Shown here one piece after another: positions 50,520 to 61,200 of a stretch of DNA of 64,000 nt. A program made the position numbers and the translations under genes. Positions within the stretch are counted from its first letter, which is position 1. Each line of letters opens with the position of its first letter. The notes under the pieces are model-generated. The model was not told the origin of the DNA and did not search any database. It saw nothing but the letters and a program-made list of their open reading frames with translations. Source of the DNA: Eledone cirrhosa (Eukaryota); contig OZ024745.1 of assembly GCA_964016885.1 (NCBI GenBank), positions 134,664,001 through 134,728,000 of the forward strand. Reading direction: 5' to 3'.

Positions 50520-52098
50520 CGCGATATATATTTATATTTTTAGAAAGGGAGAAACTGTATTTTAATCATTTTATCTGTAGAAACGTTAATTGCGAGATAG
50601 ATTTTATTAAGGGGAAAGTTTTCGAGATAGGACAGTTAATAATTAAGTTATCTCTGTTATCATTTTGACGCATTTCTATTTCGAACTATAGACATATATG
50701 TAAAATTATCGCAGACAATTAGACATTTAATTTCCGCAAAATATATAATTCCACGGGAGAGAATGTACTATATAATCAATTGATTTCTCTCCCTTTAGTT
50801 CACTTTATATTTGTAAAGGGAGAGAAGTTTATTTAACAATATCTGTTATCTCCCCTTGACAGACTTTAATTATAATTATAATTTTTTAGAAAAATATATT
50901 TTATTTTGGAAAAAGGTATTAGTAACAGTTTAATTTAAAAAAATAGTTGTCTCCCCTTGCTACACTTTGACTATAATGTAATAAATTATGTTGTGACATT
51001 ACTGCTGTTTTTATCAAGTAATTCTAACGCCCGGAATTTCTAATTTAGTTATTAACTTAATATTAGCTCCCGAGAATCAACTTAAATAAGTTGTTTCCCC
51101 TTATTTGACTCAGCTTATTTTTATCTGGTCTTAACATAAGCTGTCGCCGTTTTTATAGTGCAGGAATTAGTTACAATGTCTAGGTATCTACACTTGATTA
51201 ATTTAAATGTAAGGTTAGTAAAATTTGCAAGCTAATTTTAATTAATAAATTTGTCCAACTGTTTTCCATTTCAAATAATGTTATCTGTCGAACTTAATTA
51301 ATTGCGAGACACCCTTTTCTGAACGCACAGCGATGGCATTATGAAAAAACAGGCAATTTTTACGGACAAATGTATAATAAAATCAGTTTAATTAATATAG
51401 TATGTATGTTGTAACACACTATAAAAACGGCGTGGATTTACGTTACATTATATATAATTTACTTTTAACTAAGGTAGATAATATGGTTTATTTAATAAAT
51501 AGGTTGTTTCCCTTGGCCGGACTTTAAGTAACATAAATTTTCGCTGTTTTTATAGTGCTTCATAGTATTAAAAAATGCTGAAATTTCTGTTACACCGAAA
51601 TAAAAAGTTAAAGTATGGCCAAGGGAAACAACCTATTTATTAAATAAACAATTTTATCTCCCTTAGTTCAAACTAAAAACCAATTAAATTATATTTTATA
51701 AAAGTGAATTATATATAATGTAACGTAAATTGACGCCGTTTTAGCAGTTCGTTTTCTGATATTTACGGAATCTTTCCGCAGTCTAATAGTAAACAAACTA
51801 TAATAAAAATGGCGTTGATTTACGTTACATTATATATATAATTTTCTTATAAAATATTGTTAGTTGATTTTTTTATTGAATTAAGGGAGATAACATTGTT
51901 TATTTAATAAATAGGTTGTTTCCCTTGGCAGGCTTTATGTTACAACGGCGTATTTCCTCCTGTTTAGGCTAGTTAAAATTAAGTTGCCTCCCCTTCACTT
52001 GATATATCTATACTAATATATATTTGTACAAAACATTTAAAAAATATTTCTATATTTATCGAAAAATGTTAAGGTAGAAAACACTTATATCGATGAAA
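50520..52098. repeat. AT-rich telomere-adjacent sequence with inverted ~130-bp repeats and a reiterated short motif
   Basis: Copies at 51423-51525 (+), 51609-51742 (-), 51805-51936 (+); GTTGTYTCCCCTT-like motif on both strands. Confidence 0.85.
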
Positions 52099-52259
52099 GG
52101 GGGTTGGGGTTGGGGTTGGGGTTGGGGTTGGGGCTGGGGCTGGGGTTGGGGTTGGGGTTGGGGTTGGGGTTGGGGTTGGGGTTGGGGTTGGGGTTGGGGT
52201 TGGGGTTGGGGTTGGGGTTGGGGTTGGGGTTGGGGTTGGGGTTGGGGTTGGGGTTGGGG
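52099..52259 (+). repeat. Telomere variant repeat block (TTGGGG)n with two CTGGGG
   Basis: 26 hexamers at 52104-52259; CTGGGG at 52134-52145. Confidence 0.95.
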
Positions 52260-55200
52260 TTAGGGTTAGGGTTAGGGTTAGGGTTAGGGTTAGGGTTAGG
52301 GTTAGGGTTAGGGTTAGGGTTAGGGTTAGGGTTAGGGTTAGGGTTAGGGTTAGGGTTAGGGTTAGGGTTAGGGTTAGGGTTAGGGTTAGGGTTAGGGTTA
52401 GGGTTAGGGTTAGGGTTAGGGTTAGGGTTAGGGTTAGGGTTAGGGTTAGGGTTAGGGTTAGGGTTAGGGTTAGGGTTAGGGTTAGGGTTAGGGTTAGGGT
52501 TAGGGTTAGGGTTAGGGTTAGGGTTAGGGTTAGGGTTAGGGTTAGGGTTAGGGTTAGGGTTAGGGTTAGGGTTAGGGTTAGGGTTAGGGTTAGGGTTAGG
52601 GTTAGGGTTAGGGTTAGGGTTAGGGTTAGGGTTAGGGTTAGGGTTAGGGTTAGGGTTAGGGTTAGGGTTAGGGTTAGGGTTAGGGTTAGGGTTAGGGTTA
52701 GGGTTAGGGTTAGGGTTAGGGTTAGGGTTAGGGTTAGGGTTAGGGTTAGGGTTAGGGTTAGGGTTAGGGTTAGGGTTAGGGTTAGGGTTAGGGTTAGGGT
52801 TAGGGTTAGGGTTAGGGTTAGGGTTAGGGTTAGGGTTAGGGTTAGGGTTAGGGTTAGGGTTAGGGTTAGGGTTAGGGTTAGGGTTAGGGTTAGGGTTAGG
52901 GTTAGGGTTAGGGTTAGGGTTAGGGTTAGGGTTAGGGTTAGGGTTAGGGTTAGGGTTAGGGTTAGGGTTAGGGTTAGGGTTAGGGTTAGGGTTAGGGTTA
53001 GGGTTAGGGTTAGGGTTAGGGTTAGGGTTAGGGTTAGGGTTAGGGTTAGGGTTAGGGTTAGGGTTAGGGTTAGGGTTAGGGTTAGGGTTAGGGTTAGGGT
53101 TAGGGTTAGGGTTAGGGTTAGGGTTAGGGTTAGGGTTAGGGTTAGGGTTAGGGTTAGGGTTAGGGTTAGGGTTAGGGTTAGGGTTAGGGTTAGGGTTAGG
53201 GTTAGGGTTAGGGTTAGGGTTAGGGTTAGGGTTAGGGTTAGGGTTAGGGTTAGGGTTAGGGTTAGGGTTAGGGTTAGGGTTAGGGTTAGGGTTAGGGTTA
53301 GGGTTAGGGTTAGGGTTAGGGTTAGGGTTAGGGTTAGGGTTAGGGTTAGGGTTAGGGTTAGGGTTAGGGTTAGGGTTAGGGTTAGGGTTAGGGTTAGGGT
53401 TAGGGTTAGGGTTAGGGTTAGGGTTAGGGTTAGGGTTAGGGTTAGGGTTAGGGTTAGGGTTAGGGTTAGGGTTAGGGTTAGGGTTAGGGTTAGGGTTAGG
53501 GTTAGGGTTAGGGTTAGGGTTAGGGTTAGGGTTAGGGTTAGGGTTAGGGTTAGGGTTAGGGTTAGGGTTAGGGTTAGGGTTAGGGTTAGGGTTAGGGTTA
53601 GGGTTAGGGTTAGGGTTAGGGTTAGGGTTAGGGTTAGGGTTAGGGTTAGGGTTAGGGTTAGGGTTAGGGTTAGGGTTAGGGTTAGGGTTAGGGTTAGGGT
53701 TAGGGTTAGGGTTAGGGTTAGGGTTAGGGTTAGGGTTAGGGTTAGGGTTAGGGTTAGGGTTAGGGTTAGGGTTAGGGTTAGGGTTAGGGTTAGGGTTAGG
53801 GTTAGGGTTAGGGTTAGGGTTAGGGTTAGGGTTAGGGTTAGGGTTAGGGTTAGGGTTAGGGTTAGGGTTAGGGTTAGGGTTAGGGTTAGGGTTAGGGTTA
53901 GGGTTAGGGTTAGGGTTAGGGTTAGGGTTAGGGTTAGGGTTAGGGTTAGGGTTAGGGTTAGGGTTAGGGTTAGGGTTAGGGTTAGGGTTAGGGTTAGGGT
54001 TAGGGTTAGGGTTAGGGTTAGGGTTAGGGTTAGGGTTAGGGTTAGGGTTAGGGTTAGGGTTAGGGTTAGGGTTAGGGTTAGGGTTAGGGTTAGGGTTAGG
54101 GTTAGGGTTAGGGTTAGGGTTAGGGTTAGGGTTAGGGTTAGGGTTAGGGTTAGGGTTAGGGTTAGGGTTAGGGTTAGGGTTAGGGTTAGGGTTAGGGTTA
54201 GGGTTAGGGTTAGGGTTAGGGTTAGGGTTAGGGTTAGGGTTAGGGTTAGGGTTAGGGTTAGGGTTAGGGTTAGGGTTAGGGTTAGGGTTAGGGTTAGGGT
54301 TAGGGTTAGGGTTAGGGTTAGGGTTAGGGTTAGGGTTAGGGTTAGGGTTAGGGTTAGGGTTAGGGTTAGGGTTAGGGTTAGGGTTAGGGTTAGGGTTAGG
54401 GTTAGGGTTAGGGTTAGGGTTAGGGTTAGGGTTAGGGTTAGGGTTAGGGTTAGGGTTAGGGTTAGGGTTAGGGTTAGGGTTAGGGTTAGGGTTAGGGTTA
54501 GGGTTAGGGTTAGGGTTAGGGTTAGGGTTAGGGTTAGGGTTAGGGTTAGGGTTAGGGTTAGGGTTAGGGTTAGGGTTAGGGTTAGGGTTAGGGTTAGGGT
54601 TAGGGTTAGGGTTAGGGTTAGGGTTAGGGTTAGGGTTAGGGTTAGGGTTAGGGTTAGGGTTAGGGTTAGGGTTAGGGTTAGGGTTAGGGTTAGGGTTAGG
54701 GTTAGGGTTAGGGTTAGGGTTAGGGTTAGGGTTAGGGTTAGGGTTAGGGTTAGGGTTAGGGTTAGGGTTAGGGTTAGGGTTAGGGTTAGGGTTAGGGTTA
54801 GGGTTAGGGTTAGGGTTAGGGTTAGGGTTAGGGTTAGGGTTAGGGTTAGGGTTAGGGTTAGGGTTAGGGTTAGGGTTAGGGTTAGGGTTAGGGTTAGGGT
54901 TAGGGTTAGGGTTAGGGTTAGGGTTAGGGTTAGGGTTAGGGTTAGGGTTAGGGTTAGGGTTAGGGTTAGGGTTAGGGTTAGGGTTAGGGTTAGGGTTAGG
55001 GTTAGGGTTAGGGTTAGGGTTAGGGTTAGGGTTAGGGTTAGGGTTAGGGTTAGGGTTAGGGTTAGGGTTAGGGTTAGGGTTAGGGTTAGGGTTAGGGTTA
55101 GGGTTAGGGTTAGGGTTAGGGTTAGGGTTAGGGTTAGGGTTAGGGTTAGGGTTAGGGTTAGGGTTAGGGTTAGGGTTAGGGTTAGGGTTAGGGTTAGGGT

Positions 55201-58200
55201 TAGGGTTAGGGTTAGGGTTAGGGTTAGGGTTAGGGTTAGGGTTAGGGTTAGGGTTAGGGTTAGGGTTAGGGTTAGGGTTAGGGTTAGGGTTAGGGTTAGG
55301 GTTAGGGTTAGGGTTAGGGTTAGGGTTAGGGTTAGGGTTAGGGTTAGGGTTAGGGTTAGGGTTAGGGTTAGGGTTAGGGTTAGGGTTAGGGTTAGGGTTA
55401 GGGTTAGGGTTAGGGTTAGGGTTAGGGTTAGGGTTAGGGTTAGGGTTAGGGTTAGGGTTAGGGTTAGGGTTAGGGTTAGGGTTAGGGTTAGGGTTAGGGT
55501 TAGGGTTAGGGTTAGGGTTAGGGTTAGGGTTAGGGTTAGGGTTAGGGTTAGGGTTAGGGTTAGGGTTAGGGTTAGGGTTAGGGTTAGGGTTAGGGTTAGG
55601 GTTAGGGTTAGGGTTAGGGTTAGGGTTAGGGTTAGGGTTAGGGTTAGGGTTAGGGTTAGGGTTAGGGTTAGGGTTAGGGTTAGGGTTAGGGTTAGGGTTA
55701 GGGTTAGGGTTAGGGTTAGGGTTAGGGTTAGGGTTAGGGTTAGGGTTAGGGTTAGGGTTAGGGTTAGGGTTAGGGTTAGGGTTAGGGTTAGGGTTAGGGT
55801 TAGGGTTAGGGTTAGGGTTAGGGTTAGGGTTAGGGTTAGGGTTAGGGTTAGGGTTAGGGTTAGGGTTAGGGTTAGGGTTAGGGTTAGGGTTAGGGTTAGG
55901 GTTAGGGTTAGGGTTAGGGTTAGGGTTAGGGTTAGGGTTAGGGTTAGGGTTAGGGTTAGGGTTAGGGTTAGGGTTAGGGTTAGGGTTAGGGTTAGGGTTA
56001 GGGTTAGGGTTAGGGTTAGGGTTAGGGTTAGGGTTAGGGTTAGGGTTAGGGTTAGGGTTAGGGTTAGGGTTAGGGTTAGGGTTAGGGTTAGGGTTAGGGT
56101 TAGGGTTAGGGTTAGGGTTAGGGTTAGGGTTAGGGTTAGGGTTAGGGTTAGGGTTAGGGTTAGGGTTAGGGTTAGGGTTAGGGTTAGGGTTAGGGTTAGG
56201 GTTAGGGTTAGGGTTAGGGTTAGGGTTAGGGTTAGGGTTAGGGTTAGGGTTAGGGTTAGGGTTAGGGTTAGGGTTAGGGTTAGGGTTAGGGTTAGGGTTA
56301 GGGTTAGGGTTAGGGTTAGGGTTAGGGTTAGGGTTAGGGTTAGGGTTAGGGTTAGGGTTAGGGTTAGGGTTAGGGTTAGGGTTAGGGTTAGGGTTAGGGT
56401 TAGGGTTAGGGTTAGGGTTAGGGTTAGGGTTAGGGTTAGGGTTAGGGTTAGGGTTAGGGTTAGGGTTAGGGTTAGGGTTAGGGTTAGGGTTAGGGTTAGG
56501 GTTAGGGTTAGGGTTAGGGTTAGGGTTAGGGTTAGGGTTAGGGTTAGGGTTAGGGTTAGGGTTAGGGTTAGGGTTAGGGTTAGGGTTAGGGTTAGGGTTA
56601 GGGTTAGGGTTAGGGTTAGGGTTAGGGTTAGGGTTAGGGTTAGGGTTAGGGTTAGGGTTAGGGTTAGGGTTAGGGTTAGGGTTAGGGTTAGGGTTAGGGT
56701 TAGGGTTAGGGTTAGGGTTAGGGTTAGGGTTAGGGTTAGGGTTAGGGTTAGGGTTAGGGTTAGGGTTAGGGTTAGGGTTAGGGTTAGGGTTAGGGTTAGG
56801 GTTAGGGTTAGGGTTAGGGTTAGGGTTAGGGTTAGGGTTAGGGTTAGGGTTAGGGTTAGGGTTAGGGTTAGGGTTAGGGTTAGGGTTAGGGTTAGGGTTA
56901 GGGTTAGGGTTAGGGTTAGGGTTAGGGTTAGGGTTAGGGTTAGGGTTAGGGTTAGGGTTAGGGTTAGGGTTAGGGTTAGGGTTAGGGTTAGGGTTAGGGT
57001 TAGGGTTAGGGTTAGGGTTAGGGTTAGGGTTAGGGTTAGGGTTAGGGTTAGGGTTAGGGTTAGGGTTAGGGTTAGGGTTAGGGTTAGGGTTAGGGTTAGG
57101 GTTAGGGTTAGGGTTAGGGTTAGGGTTAGGGTTAGGGTTAGGGTTAGGGTTAGGGTTAGGGTTAGGGTTAGGGTTAGGGTTAGGGTTAGGGTTAGGGTTA
57201 GGGTTAGGGTTAGGGTTAGGGTTAGGGTTAGGGTTAGGGTTAGGGTTAGGGTTAGGGTTAGGGTTAGGGTTAGGGTTAGGGTTAGGGTTAGGGTTAGGGT
57301 TAGGGTTAGGGTTAGGGTTAGGGTTAGGGTTAGGGTTAGGGTTAGGGTTAGGGTTAGGGTTAGGGTTAGGGTTAGGGTTAGGGTTAGGGTTAGGGTTAGG
57401 GTTAGGGTTAGGGTTAGGGTTAGGGTTAGGGTTAGGGTTAGGGTTAGGGTTAGGGTTAGGGTTAGGGTTAGGGTTAGGGTTAGGGTTAGGGTTAGGGTTA
57501 GGGTTAGGGTTAGGGTTAGGGTTAGGGTTAGGGTTAGGGTTAGGGTTAGGGTTAGGGTTAGGGTTAGGGTTAGGGTTAGGGTTAGGGTTAGGGTTAGGGT
57601 TAGGGTTAGGGTTAGGGTTAGGGTTAGGGTTAGGGTTAGGGTTAGGGTTAGGGTTAGGGTTAGGGTTAGGGTTAGGGTTAGGGTTAGGGTTAGGGTTAGG
57701 GTTAGGGTTAGGGTTAGGGTTAGGGTTAGGGTTAGGGTTAGGGTTAGGGTTAGGGTTAGGGTTAGGGTTAGGGTTAGGGTTAGGGTTAGGGTTAGGGTTA
57801 GGGTTAGGGTTAGGGTTAGGGTTAGGGTTAGGGTTAGGGTTAGGGTTAGGGTTAGGGTTAGGGTTAGGGTTAGGGTTAGGGTTAGGGTTAGGGTTAGGGT
57901 TAGGGTTAGGGTTAGGGTTAGGGTTAGGGTTAGGGTTAGGGTTAGGGTTAGGGTTAGGGTTAGGGTTAGGGTTAGGGTTAGGGTTAGGGTTAGGGTTAGG
58001 GTTAGGGTTAGGGTTAGGGTTAGGGTTAGGGTTAGGGTTAGGGTTAGGGTTAGGGTTAGGGTTAGGGTTAGGGTTAGGGTTAGGGTTAGGGTTAGGGTTA
58101 GGGTTAGGGTTAGGGTTAGGGTTAGGGTTAGGGTTAGGGTTAGGGTTAGGGTTAGGGTTAGGGTTAGGGTTAGGGTTAGGGTTAGGGTTAGGGTTAGGGT

Positions 58201-61200
58201 TAGGGTTAGGGTTAGGGTTAGGGTTAGGGTTAGGGTTAGGGTTAGGGTTAGGGTTAGGGTTAGGGTTAGGGTTAGGGTTAGGGTTAGGGTTAGGGTTAGG
58301 GTTAGGGTTAGGGTTAGGGTTAGGGTTAGGGTTAGGGTTAGGGTTAGGGTTAGGGTTAGGGTTAGGGTTAGGGTTAGGGTTAGGGTTAGGGTTAGGGTTA
58401 GGGTTAGGGTTAGGGTTAGGGTTAGGGTTAGGGTTAGGGTTAGGGTTAGGGTTAGGGTTAGGGTTAGGGTTAGGGTTAGGGTTAGGGTTAGGGTTAGGGT
58501 TAGGGTTAGGGTTAGGGTTAGGGTTAGGGTTAGGGTTAGGGTTAGGGTTAGGGTTAGGGTTAGGGTTAGGGTTAGGGTTAGGGTTAGGGTTAGGGTTAGG
58601 GTTAGGGTTAGGGTTAGGGTTAGGGTTAGGGTTAGGGTTAGGGTTAGGGTTAGGGTTAGGGTTAGGGTTAGGGTTAGGGTTAGGGTTAGGGTTAGGGTTA
58701 GGGTTAGGGTTAGGGTTAGGGTTAGGGTTAGGGTTAGGGTTAGGGTTAGGGTTAGGGTTAGGGTTAGGGTTAGGGTTAGGGTTAGGGTTAGGGTTAGGGT
58801 TAGGGTTAGGGTTAGGGTTAGGGTTAGGGTTAGGGTTAGGGTTAGGGTTAGGGTTAGGGTTAGGGTTAGGGTTAGGGTTAGGGTTAGGGTTAGGGTTAGG
58901 GTTAGGGTTAGGGTTAGGGTTAGGGTTAGGGTTAGGGTTAGGGTTAGGGTTAGGGTTAGGGTTAGGGTTAGGGTTAGGGTTAGGGTTAGGGTTAGGGTTA
59001 GGGTTAGGGTTAGGGTTAGGGTTAGGGTTAGGGTTAGGGTTAGGGTTAGGGTTAGGGTTAGGGTTAGGGTTAGGGTTAGGGTTAGGGTTAGGGTTAGGGT
59101 TAGGGTTAGGGTTAGGGTTAGGGTTAGGGTTAGGGTTAGGGTTAGGGTTAGGGTTAGGGTTAGGGTTAGGGTTAGGGTTAGGGTTAGGGTTAGGGTTAGG
59201 GTTAGGGTTAGGGTTAGGGTTAGGGTTAGGGTTAGGGTTAGGGTTAGGGTTAGGGTTAGGGTTAGGGTTAGGGTTAGGGTTAGGGTTAGGGTTAGGGTTA
59301 GGGTTAGGGTTAGGGTTAGGGTTAGGGTTAGGGTTAGGGTTAGGGTTAGGGTTAGGGTTAGGGTTAGGGTTAGGGTTAGGGTTAGGGTTAGGGTTAGGGT
59401 TAGGGTTAGGGTTAGGGTTAGGGTTAGGGTTAGGGTTAGGGTTAGGGTTAGGGTTAGGGTTAGGGTTAGGGTTAGGGTTAGGGTTAGGGTTAGGGTTAGG
59501 GTTAGGGTTAGGGTTAGGGTTAGGGTTAGGGTTAGGGTTAGGGTTAGGGTTAGGGTTAGGGTTAGGGTTAGGGTTAGGGTTAGGGTTAGGGTTAGGGTTA
59601 GGGTTAGGGTTAGGGTTAGGGTTAGGGTTAGGGTTAGGGTTAGGGTTAGGGTTAGGGTTAGGGTTAGGGTTAGGGTTAGGGTTAGGGTTAGGGTTAGGGT
59701 TAGGGTTAGGGTTAGGGTTAGGGTTAGGGTTAGGGTTAGGGTTAGGGTTAGGGTTAGGGTTAGGGTTAGGGTTAGGGTTAGGGTTAGGGTTAGGGTTAGG
59801 GTTAGGGTTAGGGTTAGGGTTAGGGTTAGGGTTAGGGTTAGGGTTAGGGTTAGGGTTAGGGTTAGGGTTAGGGTTAGGGTTAGGGTTAGGGTTAGGGTTA
59901 GGGTTAGGGTTAGGGTTAGGGTTAGGGTTAGGGTTAGGGTTAGGGTTAGGGTTAGGGTTAGGGTTAGGGTTAGGGTTAGGGTTAGGGTTAGGGTTAGGGT
60001 TAGGGTTAGGGTTAGGGTTAGGGTTAGGGTTAGGGTTAGGGTTAGGGTTAGGGTTAGGGTTAGGGTTAGGGTTAGGGTTAGGGTTAGGGTTAGGGTTAGG
60101 GTTAGGGTTAGGGTTAGGGTTAGGGTTAGGGTTAGGGTTAGGGTTAGGGTTAGGGTTAGGGTTAGGGTTAGGGTTAGGGTTAGGGTTAGGGTTAGGGTTA
60201 GGGTTAGGGTTAGGGTTAGGGTTAGGGTTAGGGTTAGGGTTAGGGTTAGGGTTAGGGTTAGGGTTAGGGTTAGGGTTAGGGTTAGGGTTAGGGTTAGGGT
60301 TAGGGTTAGGGTTAGGGTTAGGGTTAGGGTTAGGGTTAGGGTTAGGGTTAGGGTTAGGGTTAGGGTTAGGGTTAGGGTTAGGGTTAGGGTTAGGGTTAGG
60401 GTTAGGGTTAGGGTTAGGGTTAGGGTTAGGGTTAGGGTTAGGGTTAGGGTTAGGGTTACGGGTTAGGGTTAGGGTTAGGGTTAGGGTTAGGGTTAGGGTT
60501 AGGGTTAGGGTTAGGGTTAGGGTTAGGGTTAGGGTTAGGGTTAGGGTTAGGGTTAGGGTTAGGGTTAGGGTTAGGGTTAGGGTTAGGGTTAGGGTTAGGG
60601 TTAGGGTTAGGGTTAGGGTTAGGGTTAGGGTTAGGGTTAGGGTTAGGGTTAGGGTTAGGGTTAGGGTTAGGGTTAGGGTTAGGGTTAGGGTTAGGGTTAG
60701 GGTTAGGGTTAGGGTTAGGGTTAGGGTTAGGGTTAGGGTTAGGGTTAGGGTTAGGGTTAGGGTTAGGGTTAGGGTTAGGGTTAGGGTTAGGGTTAGGGTT
60801 AGGGTTAGGGTTAGGGTTAGGGTTAGGGTTAGGGTTAGGGTTAGGGTTAGGGTTAGGGTTAGGGTTAGGGTTAGGGTTAGGGTTAGGGTTAGGGTTAGGG
60901 TTAGGGTTAGGGTTAGGGTTAGGGTTAGGGTTAGGGTTAGGGTTAGGGTTAGGGTTAGGGTTAGGGTTAGGGTTAGGGTTAGGGTTAGGGTTAGGGTTAG
61001 GGTTAGGGTTAGGGTTAGGGTTAGGGTTAGGGTTAGGGTTAGGGTTAGGGTTAGGGTTAGGGTTAGGGTTAGGGTTAGGGTTAGGGTTAGGGTTAGGGTT
61101 AGGGTTAGGGTTAGGGTTAGGGTTAGGGTTAGGGTTAGGGTTAGGGTTAGGGTTAGGGTTAGGGTTAGGGTTAGGGTTAGGGTTAGGGTTAGGGTTAGGG

